From the IMG/VR virus record IMGVR_UViG_3300029705_003489: a DNA stretch of 64,000 bases; one strand, given 5' to 3'. A model generated the notes under the pieces. That model made no database searches and was not told the origin of the DNA. It worked only from the letters and a program-made list of their open reading frames with translations. Of the stretch, positions 49,010 through 59,053 are shown piece after piece. A program made the translations under genes and the position numbers. The DNA comes from an uncultured virus (IMG/VR IMGVR_UViG_3300029705_003489). Lineage: Duplodnaviria; Heunggongvirae; Uroviricota; Caudoviricetes. The first letter of the stretch is position 1; each line of letters opens with the position of its first letter.

Positions 49010-50336
49010 AACTGGCAAGAAAGCAACTGAGGTAAGGAAAACCCGAGTGGCTGCATACTGTAGAGTCTCTACGGATGAGGATGAACAGTTAAATTCCTTT
49101 GAAAACCAAGTGGAATACTATACTCGATATATTACGGGAAATCCGGCATATGAATTGGTAGATATTTATGCGGATGAAGGAATATCCGGTACGAACACAA
49201 GAAAGAGAAAAGAATTTCAACGCATGATTGCTGACTGCGAGGCGGGAAAAATTGATATGGTAATTGTAAAATCGATTTCACGTTTTGCAAGAAACACGCA
49301 GGACTGCTTAATGTATTCACGACAGCTTAAAAATTTAGGAATAGGTATAATTTTTGAAAAGGAGAACATCAACACGCTAGATGCGAGTGGTGAACTCCTT
49401 TTTACTATTTTAAGCTCCCTCGCACAGGATGAGTCAAGAAACATTTCTGAAAACTGCAAGTGGGGAATCCGTAGCAAATTTCAAAAAGGAATACCGCACA
49501 TCAATACCTTTAAATTCATGGGATATGACAAGGATAAAGAAGGGCGTTTGGTAATCAATGCAAAGGAAGCAAAATTGGTTAAAAGGATTTTTAAAGAATT
49601 TTTAGAGGGTTTCAATCCGGCAGATATAGCAAGGCGATTAAATGAAGAAGGAATTCCGGGAGTAACCGGAAAGCCACAATGGAGCAGGCAGACGATACGT
49701 GGTATGCTGCAGCAGGAAAAATATATGGGTGACAGCATATTGCAGAAATGGGTAACCACGGATTATCTGAACCATAGCCTACGGAAGAACAACGGAATAG
49801 TAGAGCAATATTATGTGGAAAAATCGCATCCAGCAATTATTGATAAGGAAACATGGACAGCGGTGCAGGAAGAATTTGAGCGCCGGGAGGCTTATTGCAA
49901 AGCTCATCATTTGGCTGCATACTCATACCGAGCTGACATAAATGCATTCAATAGCAAGGTTATTTGCGGAAAGTGCAATCTTGCCTTTGCTAGAAAATCA
50001 TGGACCAGAAAAGGCTTTGTGGGATGGGAATGCAAGAGCGAGGATTTTGGCGGTTATGTAAAAGAAGAAACTTTAATGCAGGCTTTTATAATGGCATGGA
50101 ATTATACCGTGAAAAACAGGGATAAATTCATGGGGCATTGGGAAGAACAGGCTGACGGAAAGGAACCGCTTAAGAAAATCCGTGCAAAGCAGATGATGGA
50201 ACTTACTAACGAAGGAACGATTACCACATTTTTGCCGGAACTGGTGCAGATGGTACTTGAGAAGGTTGTGGTGCATGGCAAGGAACACTTTACGGTTTGT
50301 TTCTTGGATGGCTCGGAAAGAGAAATTTTATTATAA
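48963..50336 (+). CDS. Large serine recombinase 2
   Basis: YCRVST, YADEGISG, KSISRFARN, LAQDES, SHPAII. Confidence 0.93.
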   Translation: MARKVTVIPAKQAGSKTGKKATEVRKTRVAAYCRVSTDEDEQLNSFENQVEYYTRYITGNPAYELVDIYADEGISGTNTRKRKEFQRMIADCEAGKIDMVIVKSISRFARNTQDCLMYSRQLKNLGIGIIFEKENINTLDASGELLFTILSSLAQDESRNISENCKWGIRSKFQKGIPHINTFKFMGYDKDKEGRLVINAKEAKLVKRIFKEFLEGFNPADIARRLNEEGIPGVTGKPQWSRQTIRGMLQQEKYMGDSILQKWVTTDYLNHSLRKNNGIVEQYYVEKSHPAIIDKETWTAVQEEFERREAYCKAHHLAAYSYRADINAFNSKVICGKCNLAFARKSWTRKGFVGWECKSEDFGGYVKEETLMQAFIMAWNYTVKNRDKFMGHWEEQADGKEPLKKIRAKQMMELTNEGTITTFLPELVQMVLEKVVVHGKEHFTVCFLDGSEREILL

Positions 50337-50359
50337 GAGCGAGTGAACAAAAGGAAGGG

Positions 50360-50394
50360 TGCAGAGCAGGATTGTATTACTGTTGCACCCTTCC
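50360..50394. terminator. Hairpin between convergent operons
   Basis: GGAAGGGTGCA / TGCACCCTTCC inverted repeat. Confidence 0.65.
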
Positions 50395-50411
50395 ATAAGA
50401 TATATCATTTT

Positions 50412-51344
50412 TTATTCTGATGCAACGATTGAAGTCTCATCACTTTGGAACAGAGCAATCTGCTCGTTTTCATCCGGAATGGAGTCTGGCACTGGAACTT
50501 CTTCGACATCTTCTTTTTCTATTTTATCCTTTGCCTTTGCACCTTTATGGGAATACAATTTATTGAATTGGAGTGGTCGCTGGCATTTCTTGTTGTATGC
50601 GATGAGCATGGCTTCGGAATATCCGAGGGAGCCGGCACGGCGGTCTCTTGCAGTGCGGCTAAGTTCCTTTATGGAAAGGCGGCCAAGTTTTTCAATGAAT
50701 GTACTGTCTTTTAACTCATCTCCGTAACAGTGAAGGAGTCTGGCAACACCGTTTATCATATTGGCACTGAAAGATTTCTGCTCACCTTCCCAAGTTCCGA
50801 TGATAAGTCGAATGGAGTGATCAAGAATATGGTATCCATATTTTTCGTATACGCTTTCCAAAGTGGAAACCGCACAAATTCCACCGGGCTGAGCTTTGCC
50901 GGATACTACCATATCATAAGATTCGACCAGTGATTTTATAATAAGCTGTTTATTGTTTCCTGCTTCAATGTTTGCCATGAAAATCTCATATGGCTGTAGT
51001 GCTTTGGTATATTTCATCTGATTGGCAAAAATATCTGCTTCTTGCGTGTATTCCAAATCGTCATAAATCATGCACCATACTGGGGTTTCACGAGAGCCGG
51101 ATACTAATGCAATGATTTCTATGGTATGCTGTCCGTTAAATACATAGTTTACGTTATCTCTACGGCTGACCTTTACAGGATTGATTTGATATAAATCAAA
51201 ATTGGCAGCAGCATTTTGTACGTGTTTTACGGAAACGTTACGCTGATAATCCTGATTGGACACAAGATTTTTAATGGGGATTAATTCATAATGTACTTGG
51301 GGGATAAATTGCTTTAAATATTCTTCATCTGTTGTTTCACTCAT
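50412..51344 (-). CDS. ParB/Srx-like domain protein
   Basis: DYQR...NPVKVSRR...YVFNGQHT. Confidence 0.75.
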   Translation of the reverse strand: MSETTDEEYLKQFIPQVHYELIPIKNLVSNQDYQRNVSVKHVQNAAANFDLYQINPVKVSRRDNVNYVFNGQHTIEIIALVSGSRETPVWCMIYDDLEYTQEADIFANQMKYTKALQPYEIFMANIEAGNNKQLIIKSLVESYDMVVSGKAQPGGICAVSTLESVYEKYGYHILDHSIRLIIGTWEGEQKSFSANMINGVARLLHCYGDELKDSTFIEKLGRLSIKELSRTARDRRAGSLGYSEAMLIAYNKKCQRPLQFNKLYSHKGAKAKDKIEKEDVEEVPVPDSIPDENEQIALFQSDETSIVASE

Positions 51345-52287
51345 GATATTCCTCCCGGATAATTTTTTGTAGTGTATTGATTTGATCTTCAAGTGCAGCT
51401 AATTGGTTATCTAATTTGTATAGGGCTTCTGTTGTAGCATCACCAAATTTTGCGAGTGACATGGTTCGTTTCATTGAACTAATCCACATCGGGATTGTTA
51501 AAGTGAGGCTAGATAATTCTGCATCAGGGTCATACTTTGGCATCTGCTTAATTACAGGCTTAGGTAAATTCCGGTTTTCCTTTTTGATACGTTCCTTATC
51601 TCGTTGTACGCTTTTCTGCATTTCAGTGGGAAGTAAGCGTTGCCCTTTGCCGTTTTTAAAACGTGTATGAATTACGCGGATTTCCTCGGCAGACAATTTA
51701 CTTAGTTCCACAGTATTTGTATGCCGGATATGAAAATTTCCAAGTAAGATATCATCCACGATTTCTGGTGCTTTTTTATCGAGTTCATCCAGTGCTTCAG
51801 AATAAGTTTTATATTTACAGATAGAACCTTCGGACATAGGATAATACTTTTCGATTAGGGTAGCAGTAAGGTTTTTGGTGGATGTAAAATTAGGCCTGCG
51901 AAGTTCAGCAGGAGTATATTGATTCTGCACCGGGTATTTTTCATGAAATAACCGTTTTTGAGCATTATATAATTTACCAACACAGTAATGCATTTGTTCT
52001 TCCACGAGTTCTGCATTTTTTAAGGACAATAGGCAAATGTGAGAGATGGCCTCATTACGGGAAACAAAGTCTATTTCCTCGATGTGGAATGGTATGGATA
52101 ACTTATGGTATAATCCGTAAAGCGTGAGTCCCTCAATAACAATTTTATTCCAAACAACGATAGGTTTTTGGTATGCTTCATATAGGATTTTACGCTCCAA
52201 TTTTGCATATTCTTCCGGTGTGGCAGCAGGAGTAAGTTTGGCAAATTCTCTATCAATTATTAAGTTATAAAGATGTTTTTCATTCAT
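51337..52287 (-). CDS. Degenerate ParB-N-like protein
   Basis: IDREF..L.P...EEY..LE..I...PIVVW...IEG. Confidence 0.65.
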   Translation of the reverse strand: MNEKHLYNLIIDREFAKLTPAATPEEYAKLERKILYEAYQKPIVVWNKIVIEGLTLYGLYHKLSIPFHIEEIDFVSRNEAISHICLLSLKNAELVEEQMHYCVGKLYNAQKRLFHEKYPVQNQYTPAELRRPNFTSTKNLTATLIEKYYPMSEGSICKYKTYSEALDELDKKAPEIVDDILLGNFHIRHTNTVELSKLSAEEIRVIHTRFKNGKGQRLLPTEMQKSVQRDKERIKKENRNLPKPVIKQMPKYDPDAELSSLTLTIPMWISSMKRTMSLAKFGDATTEALYKLDNQLAALEDQINTLQKIIREEYHE

Positions 52288-52290
52288 ATG

Positions 52291-52689
52291 TTATTCCTCA
52301 ATATTTTCTTCTAGCAGAATGGAATCTGCCATACAAAATGTAACCAGTTTTTCAGCTTCTATTAAGCGTCCTTCGATGTGATAACAGTGTCCGTCCTTCC
52401 AGTTGAAACCATCGGCAATACTACGAAGTTTCAAGATAAGGTAGGTACTGTATAATTCACAGCATTGTTTTCCACCGACCAATGACCACTTGATTTTTTC
52501 AGAATACATATCATTGGCACCGCAGCTCCGAAAGGCAAGAGTGGAAGTATTTGGGTTTACGAGAATCTGTATGTATTTTGGATTGCCAAGGAGATGCAGT
52601 GTTGTTTTATGAATACGGATTCTGCATTTCTTTAGGTCCATTAGCAGAGAAGGACGGATTGAGGGTGAGTTGCTCATAAGGTTGTTCAT
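52291..52689 (-). CDS. Small protein paralogous to the recombinase-3 C-terminal domain
   Basis: YIQILVNP....LAFR...W....YHIEG...F; GAGGA RBS before ATG 52689. Confidence 0.75.
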   Translation of the reverse strand: MNNLMSNSPSIRPSLLMDLKKCRIRIHKTTLHLLGNPKYIQILVNPNTSTLAFRSCGANDMYSEKIKWSLVGGKQCCELYSTYLILKLRSIADGFNWKDGHCYHIEGRLIEAEKLVTFCMADSILLEENIEE

Positions 52690-53344
52690 TGTTTGGTTCC
52701 TCACTTTCTGTTAGGGTGATTATTGCTTCTGGAGTGGTCTGTTGAGTATCAGCTTCTAAACCAAATACAGCGTATCCATTAAAGAGATTAATCTGCATGG
52801 CGGCACGGTGTTCAGCCACTGGCACACCAAACTGATTTTTCCAATCCTCTGGATAGGCTGGGGTGCGGGCAGTGGATGTTTTTCCATCTTCTTTTACGGT
52901 ACGTTTATAAATTTCCGGTGCATTTAAATCAAACACAAATAATAATTCATCACCGGACTTGATTAACTTACCCAATAATTTATAGCGGTAGTCAGGATTC
53001 CATTCCATAAGGGAAAGAACCTTTGCAAAAAACATTCTGCAAGTAATCTGCTTTGGAGAGCGTTTGTTGGTGGCAGAGCACCACCGGAAAGAATCTTTCT
53101 CATCTTCCTTACATGGACGAACGGCTAATTTCTTGTTTTCCGGGTTTACAAGAATCTGAACATAGTCAAATTCAGGAAGCTTTTTGATACATGCGGTGTT
53201 GACAGACACCTTGTAGTTATTAAAGGTAAATGATGGTTCATAAACATGTGCGAAAAATTCTCCTCGAACAACTTGGTAGCCTTCGTAGCTAAAGGCATCA
53301 TCCTCGATGATTTCAATTTCATTTGTCATAGGGTCTCTACTCAT
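52607..53344 (-). CDS. Protein paralogous to the recombinase-3 C-terminal domain
   Basis: GYQVVRGEFF...YVQILVNP....LAVRP...W....RYKLLG...FDL; AGGAGG RBS. Confidence 0.8.
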   Translation of the reverse strand: MSRDPMTNEIEIIEDDAFSYEGYQVVRGEFFAHVYEPSFTFNNYKVSVNTACIKKLPEFDYVQILVNPENKKLAVRPCKEDEKDSFRWCSATNKRSPKQITCRMFFAKVLSLMEWNPDYRYKLLGKLIKSGDELLFVFDLNAPEIYKRTVKEDGKTSTARTPAYPEDWKNQFGVPVAEHRAAMQINLFNGYAVFGLEADTQQTTPEAIITLTESEEPNNEQPYEQLTLNPSFSANGPKEMQNPYS

Positions 53345-55214
53345 TTTGTTCCTCCTGTCGTATTCCTTCAATTATGATTTCAATATTTCTTTCTAGTTCG
53401 TCCGGACTTGTGGTTTGGAGAGGATTTGGATTGAAGGTTGTTCCTTCATTTTGTGTATTCCAGTTTCCGGTTCTTGAAAATGTGGCTAATTCTTTGGCTT
53501 GAGACTGTCTGTAATAGTCATTGCCAAAGGAATGCATCCAGTTCTCAGGAAAAGCCCGGATGCTAGATTTTGTTCCTAGTGGCTTTATGTTTTCATCGAA
53601 TGGTGGAAGAACAGTTTCTCCGTTTTCCTCCGTATCAATGGAAGTGTGGGGAATGAGAACTTCAATGTCTGTTAAGTTAAAAACAATGACGGTTTCACCG
53701 GGACTCTGCATTTTGACTCCAATTATTCGGTATTTGCATTCGGTTTTCCAACCAAATAAATCGTATAGATTCGGCAGAAAGGCCGCACCGGAAATTTGTC
53801 TTGGAATAAGTAAACCGTTGTGAAGTTTGGAACACTGGACAGCGTGCTTGTTTTCCTTCATGGATGGTCGCAGAGCAAAAAAATGCTCACCGGGATGTAC
53901 CAACATCTCAACATACTGGGTATCGAATTTTCTTACGCATTCGGTACTGAAATTGATGTGGTCAATGGAAAAAGTGGCACATATTTTATTTGCAGTATCG
54001 AAGAATTGAGCTCTGGCAACTTCAAATCCACGTAAGTCAAAGTCACCAGTATTTCTTTCTACGGGTTTTAGCTTGGGCATCGCTAAGGCGTCATAAACAC
54101 TTTCTGAGGCAAGCATATAATCACTGGCTTTAAAACCAGCCCAACGAGGATTGATGGAAACATAACCTCGTAGGGCTCCCTGTGTAATAACATGGAGTTC
54201 AGGCAGCATTCCCTTGTTTCCATACTTCGCATTACTGATTAAGTGCTGCACGGCAATAAAATCATCTCTGCTTATGATGGCCTCATGGTGATTACGCTGA
54301 CGATATTGGTTACGGTCTTGACGGTTCTTTTTGGACTTATGGTCAAGGTAACTGGGAGTCCAAGTTTTACGTGCAAGTACATCACCACAATGTCTCTCAT
54401 TTTGGAGGACACCAAGGACTGAACCGGGAGACCATTGCGTGTTTCCTTTCTTTGTTCTTCTGCCGAGTGTGGTCAGCGTATCTGCGATTTTTTGACAGGT
54501 ATAACCGTATAGATACATGAAGAAGATGAGTCGGACGGTTTTTGCTTCCTCTTCATTGATAATCAAATTACCGTCTTCGTCTTGGTCATAACCAAGAAGT
54601 GGGGGAGTCAGAAAAATACCTCTACGAAAGCGCATCTCAACGGAAGCATTCATAATTTCACTTTTATTATGGCTTTCTTCCTGTGCCAAAGTAGAAATAA
54701 ATGAGAGGCTCATTTCACTATTGGCATCTAATGTGTAGATGTTTTCCGTTTCAAAGAACACACCTATAGGTGGTTGCATGGCTGCAAGCTGTCGGACATA
54801 TCCGATGCAGTCCAATACATTTCTTGCGAATCTTGACACACTCTTGGTAACGATTAAATCGATTTTTCCGGCACGGCAATCCGCAATCATGCGAACGAAA
54901 GAGTCCCGGTGCTGGAGGGATGTTCCAGAGATGCCTTCGTCTGCATAGATTTCAATAAGTTTCCATCCGGGGTGTCGGCTGACAACATCTTGGTAGTGGT
55001 TCTTTTGAAGTTCGTAAGAGGAAGTCTGTCTTGGGTCATCGGTAGAAACTCTGGCATAGACTGCGACACGTTTCTCACGGTCATCTTCATAGAAATTGGT
55101 CTGGGGGAGAGCAGGAATGACATCCAACTCATCAGCATTTAGTCCCTTGTAACGTTCACGAATTTTTTCTTTTTGACTGGCTGCATTTCGAAGCTTTCCT
55201 TCATTCTCTTTCAT
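53337..55214 (-). CDS. Large serine recombinase 3 with atypical C-terminal domain
   Basis: YARVSTD, YADEGISG, KSVSRFARN, LAQEES, HEAII; no Zn-ribbon, instead GFEVARAQFF...YVEMLVHP. Confidence 0.93.
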   Translation of the reverse strand: MKENEGKLRNAASQKEKIRERYKGLNADELDVIPALPQTNFYEDDREKRVAVYARVSTDDPRQTSSYELQKNHYQDVVSRHPGWKLIEIYADEGISGTSLQHRDSFVRMIADCRAGKIDLIVTKSVSRFARNVLDCIGYVRQLAAMQPPIGVFFETENIYTLDANSEMSLSFISTLAQEESHNKSEIMNASVEMRFRRGIFLTPPLLGYDQDEDGNLIINEEEAKTVRLIFFMYLYGYTCQKIADTLTTLGRRTKKGNTQWSPGSVLGVLQNERHCGDVLARKTWTPSYLDHKSKKNRQDRNQYRQRNHHEAIISRDDFIAVQHLISNAKYGNKGMLPELHVITQGALRGYVSINPRWAGFKASDYMLASESVYDALAMPKLKPVERNTGDFDLRGFEVARAQFFDTANKICATFSIDHINFSTECVRKFDTQYVEMLVHPGEHFFALRPSMKENKHAVQCSKLHNGLLIPRQISGAAFLPNLYDLFGWKTECKYRIIGVKMQSPGETVIVFNLTDIEVLIPHTSIDTEENGETVLPPFDENIKPLGTKSSIRAFPENWMHSFGNDYYRQSQAKELATFSRTGNWNTQNEGTTFNPNPLQTTSPDELERNIEIIIEGIRQEEQNE

Positions 55215-55291
55215 GCAGAATAACTCCTTTCTGCGGTGTTTCTATTACACCCTGACGTTATAAAAAATTATATTTGTCGAATAAATAAAAT

Positions 55292-55333
55292 AAAAGCGAC
55301 TGTGGGTTTACCTATCAACCTACAGTCGCTTTT
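55292..55333 (-). terminator. Intrinsic terminator between the XRE gene and recombinase 3
   Basis: AAAAGCGACTGT / ACAGTCGCTTTT inverted repeat. Confidence 0.75.
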
Positions 55334-55364
55334 CAATGAAAAATATTTGTATTTAAATGAGTTA

Positions 55365-55709
55365 TTATTGTTCTTTTGCTTTTCGGAGAGCATCCTTCAT
55401 ATCACGAACCATTTTCGTGATGGCATGGGTTTCGTCAGCAGTGCAGTCAGATAATATATCGCTGATTTCTCGACTTTGGATGGCACTCACTTGTGGAATA
55501 TCTGTACGGAGCAACCAGTCAGCAGAAACTTGAAGCGCTTCTGTCAAGCGCATAAAGATATCTAAACCGATATTTGTTTTTCCGTTTTCAATATCGCTAA
55601 TATGAGTAATGGAAACTTGGGCCTTTTCTGCCAAATCAGCTTGACTGAGCCTTTGTTGTTTTCTTGCTTCACGTATGCGATAACCAATGTCTTTTATTTT
55701 GCTGTCCAT
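55365..55709 (-). CDS. XRE-family HTH regulator
   Basis: IGYRIREAR...LSQADLAE...HISDIENGK. Confidence 0.9.
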   Translation of the reverse strand: MDSKIKDIGYRIREARKQQRLSQADLAEKAQVSITHISDIENGKTNIGLDIFMRLTEALQVSADWLLRTDIPQVSAIQSREISDILSDCTADETHAITKMVRDMKDALRKAKEQ

Positions 55710-55847
55710 AGAACACCTCATCGTTTATCGTGTATGTTTTTTGTTATTTTATACACAATAGACGAAGAATAAAATAGTCTACGGTTGAAGTTATCGCCTA
55801 TCGGCTATATATTTAGCAAGAAAATTTTCAAAGGAGGTAACTTTTTT

Positions 55848-56210
55848 ATGTCAGTGAATTACAAAATCATTGGTAAACGAGTTAAGGAGGTGCGAAAAAG
55901 AAAACAGCTTTCACAGGCAGAATTAGCTGAAATGTCAAATTTATCTACACAATATGTAAGTCAGATTGAGACGGCAAAAAAACAAGCCAGCCTGCAGTCG
56001 TTGGTAAGCATATCTAAAGCGTTGGAGATTTCACTTGATGAATTGCTGGCCGGTAATCAGATAAATCGTCCTACAGAGTACATAAAGGAAGTAGATGATG
56101 TGTTCCGAGACTGCAGCAGATTTGAGAAAAGAGTCCTGTATGAAGTGATGAATGAAATCAAACGTATTTTACGTGAAAATGAAAGTCTGGTTGAGAAAAA
56201 AGAGTCATAA
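55848..56210 (+). CDS. XRE-family HTH regulator (divergent paralogue)
   Basis: IGKRVKEVR...LSQAELAE...YVSQIETAK. Confidence 0.9.
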   Translation: MSVNYKIIGKRVKEVRKRKQLSQAELAEMSNLSTQYVSQIETAKKQASLQSLVSISKALEISLDELLAGNQINRPTEYIKEVDDVFRDCSRFEKRVLYEVMNEIKRILRENESLVEKKES

Positions 56211-56358
56211 TTGGTCTGGGTTGAAAAGATTGGTCACGCACAGTCTTTTCAACCGTTTATGTAATGAAATTAAGGGAAGAATTTGGCATTTTATCTTGCA
56301 TAAGAAAGAAAATATTGTTATTCTGTAAACAGATATTTTAATAACGTGGAGGACAGAT

Positions 56359-57057
56359 ATGAGCATCGAGGAATTCGTAGAAAAATACAAAGATTTTTTT
56401 ATGGCAACGGAGTTGGATGTAGCTAAATCAATTAAGGGAAAGTGGTATCTGTCTGCATATAACGAAGAATATTCTTATTACGATTGTTTTGTGGAATTTG
56501 AAACTGTGGAAGAACTTGTTGACTTAGTGACGAGAGAATGGGCATTCCTTGTGAATTGTGCCATTGATTACGAAACGGATGTTCCAGTATTTGAAAAGAG
56601 TATTGTAGACCAGTTGGAATCCTATACGAAACCGAGTATTGAATATGAGGAATTGCTTTATAACTTAAAAGCTATTGTGAATAGTGAACTTGGAAATATT
56701 GAAATGTTTAAATATTTGGATTCTTTTATTAAACTGAAGCAAAAATTGGGAAATTCAGCCTCAAAAACTTTTCATGATGAAAATGACGAAGCTTGCATTC
56801 GAGTCGGAGAAGAAAACGATGCAAAAGGTAGTGTGGTGTATTATTATTTGCCAGATATAGATGTTTTAGGTTTGATGATAGGTACAGTTAGTTACATTTA
56901 TCGAAATGATGATATGTGGGAACCGGACTTTAATAACTGGATTCTTGACCGGATACATGGGTGTATGGATTATGGAGCTGATGAAAAGTTGTTTAGGGCA
57001 GATCCGGTTAGCAAAGAAGAAGCTAAGAAAATCATGACTGAACTGAAAAATCGATAG
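56359..57057 (+). CDS. Hypothetical protein
   Basis: 232-aa ORF, GGAGG RBS. Confidence 0.7.
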   Translation: MSIEEFVEKYKDFFMATELDVAKSIKGKWYLSAYNEEYSYYDCFVEFETVEELVDLVTREWAFLVNCAIDYETDVPVFEKSIVDQLESYTKPSIEYEELLYNLKAIVNSELGNIEMFKYLDSFIKLKQKLGNSASKTFHDENDEACIRVGEENDAKGSVVYYYLPDIDVLGLMIGTVSYIYRNDDMWEPDFNNWILDRIHGCMDYGADEKLFRADPVSKEEAKKIMTELKNR

Positions 57058-57068
57058 AGAGGTATAGC

Positions 57069-57680
57069 ATGGGATTAGTGTATACATTTTATTCTCCAAA
57101 GGAGGATTGGGAAACAATATCGTTGGTAAAAAATATAGTAAATGCCTTGGGAGGGAAAATAAAAAGCGAGAAAGGACATATTATTAAAGCATCATGGCGT
57201 AGTAAATGTTTTATTACTGTGTTTCCAACCAAGTATACATTTTACATCGGAAAAGATATGGTCAGGGTGGTTACAGGTAGTAGAAGTGCGGGAAACGGTA
57301 CTATGCCGATTACCATGCAGGTTACAAATAAAGGTGTGCAGGCAATTTGGGAAGAATTTATTCTTAAGTTAAGTGAGATGTATCCGAGTGAAGAATTTTG
57401 TCTAAAACCGGGAATCGCAACAATTGATTCGATAAAACTGATGTCTGATGGTGTGGAAAAGGTTTATACTTCATCTACTTGGCACACTGGCACAATTGGA
57501 GTTGGTTCGTTGTTCTATGGAGGAGTATCTGTTGGAACTACATCTTCAGATTCGAAATTTTCTAATAAGTTTTTAGCACAAGTCCGGTATACCAATGGCC
57601 TCACATATGAAGGTGAATTACATAAAAACAGTCCGGCCTATCATGAAATTATGGCAAATTTAAGTTTATACGAAAAATAG
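57069..57680 (+). CDS. Hypothetical protein
   Basis: 203-aa ORF, GAGG RBS. Confidence 0.7.
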   Translation: MGLVYTFYSPKEDWETISLVKNIVNALGGKIKSEKGHIIKASWRSKCFITVFPTKYTFYIGKDMVRVVTGSRSAGNGTMPITMQVTNKGVQAIWEEFILKLSEMYPSEEFCLKPGIATIDSIKLMSDGVEKVYTSSTWHTGTIGVGSLFYGGVSVGTTSSDSKFSNKFLAQVRYTNGLTYEGELHKNSPAYHEIMANLSLYEK

Positions 57681-57697
57681 ATTGATGGAGGCAATGT

Positions 57698-59044
57698 ATG
57701 ATTGATTCTGATAAATTATATAAAATTGCGGCAGCAAACATAGCAAATCCATATGCGGATATAATTCCATTTGCTCTGCAAGTGGGATATCCAATTATAT
57801 ATTACAGAGGCGTTGCTCTTCAGAAAGATGAAGTGATTTTGTATGTCTTACCGGCCAATGTTTATGATGACAAAGAGAAGGTAGTCGGATATACAGGAAG
57901 TTCTGCCGGAGTTAGTGTGCGAGTTGCTAAGGGAGTAAGTGTAAGAACCGGAGCAAATAAGGGCAGACCAGTACGTGGAAATGTACGTGAGTATGCATCA
58001 GGTGATTTGGTAATTACAAATAAACGATTGATTTTTGTTGCCCAGAAAAAAGGATTCGATATTAGTGTTAGTAAAATAACGGCTGCAAAAATACTCGATA
58101 AGCAGAGCTTTATGGTACAGACAGGCGGCGTAGCAAAAAATATTATTGTTGATGAAGCATTGACTGCATACGCATTGGCACTGATTGATCATGCTGTGAG
58201 TTCATATACTAACGGAAAAGATTTGTATAACGGTTATCAGCTTGTGCAAAATAATATGACGGTAGAGCAAAAGCAGATGTGTGCAGATGTGAAAAAAAGT
58301 GCAGAATCCGTAAAAATAAAAAAGAAGAGAGCAAAGAAGGGTGGTTGTTTAATTCCTGTACTGTGCGTTATTGCAATTTTTGCAGTATGCGTGGTTGTCG
58401 GTATTACTTCTTCATCTAAAAATAAAGAAAAGGAACAGCCAGAGGAATCTGTACAATTATCTGCCCGAACAGATGAGGAACTGATACTTTTGGAAAATCA
58501 TCCAAGGATATGTGATGAGTTATCGGTGGCTAAGGAATTTGTGGACGGACTATGTGATGACCGAGTTTGTATTGTGTATACAGAGGCAGGAAAGACAGCG
58601 ACCATTGATGAGGAAGAACCGTATGAGGATGCAGTTGTTACGTACCATAGAGATGCCTCAACAAATAAACACATAGGTTGGTTCGAGATAGAAATAAAGG
58701 ATAGTGAATTTGCAACTAATATGACTGTAGAGCAGGCAGTGGAAATTGCAATGTCATATTTACCAGAGAATTTTAAGGAAATTTATCAATGCGATGAATC
58801 ATATATCCGAGATGGAGAAAAGTCGATTGTGTATACTTATGCCATGAGATTGCACCCTGCCGGAATTGAATTTCATAATAACGGCAATCAGCATTATCCG
58901 AATTATTTGAGTTTTTATATTGTGGATTATACAGAAGAAAATAAGTGGACAATAAAATGTGACTTCAGTGCAAACGGTGGTAAAGGAATAGGTTGGATTG
59001 AAAAATATGCTGAACCGTGGAATATTACAATTATTGAAGAATAA
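57698..59044 (+). CDS. Membrane protein (cytoplasmic PH-like N-terminus, single TM, extracellular domain)
   Basis: GVSVRVAKGVS, GDLVITNKRLIF; TM LIPVLCVIAIFAVCVVVGI. Confidence 0.7.
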   Translation: MIDSDKLYKIAAANIANPYADIIPFALQVGYPIIYYRGVALQKDEVILYVLPANVYDDKEKVVGYTGSSAGVSVRVAKGVSVRTGANKGRPVRGNVREYASGDLVITNKRLIFVAQKKGFDISVSKITAAKILDKQSFMVQTGGVAKNIIVDEALTAYALALIDHAVSSYTNGKDLYNGYQLVQNNMTVEQKQMCADVKKSAESVKIKKKRAKKGGCLIPVLCVIAIFAVCVVVGITSSSKNKEKEQPEESVQLSARTDEELILLENHPRICDELSVAKEFVDGLCDDRVCIVYTEAGKTATIDEEEPYEDAVVTYHRDASTNKHIGWFEIEIKDSEFATNMTVEQAVEIAMSYLPENFKEIYQCDESYIRDGEKSIVYTYAMRLHPAGIEFHNNGNQHYPNYLSFYIVDYTEENKWTIKCDFSANGGKGIGWIEKYAEPWNITIIEE

Positions 59045-59053
59045 GGAAAATGT

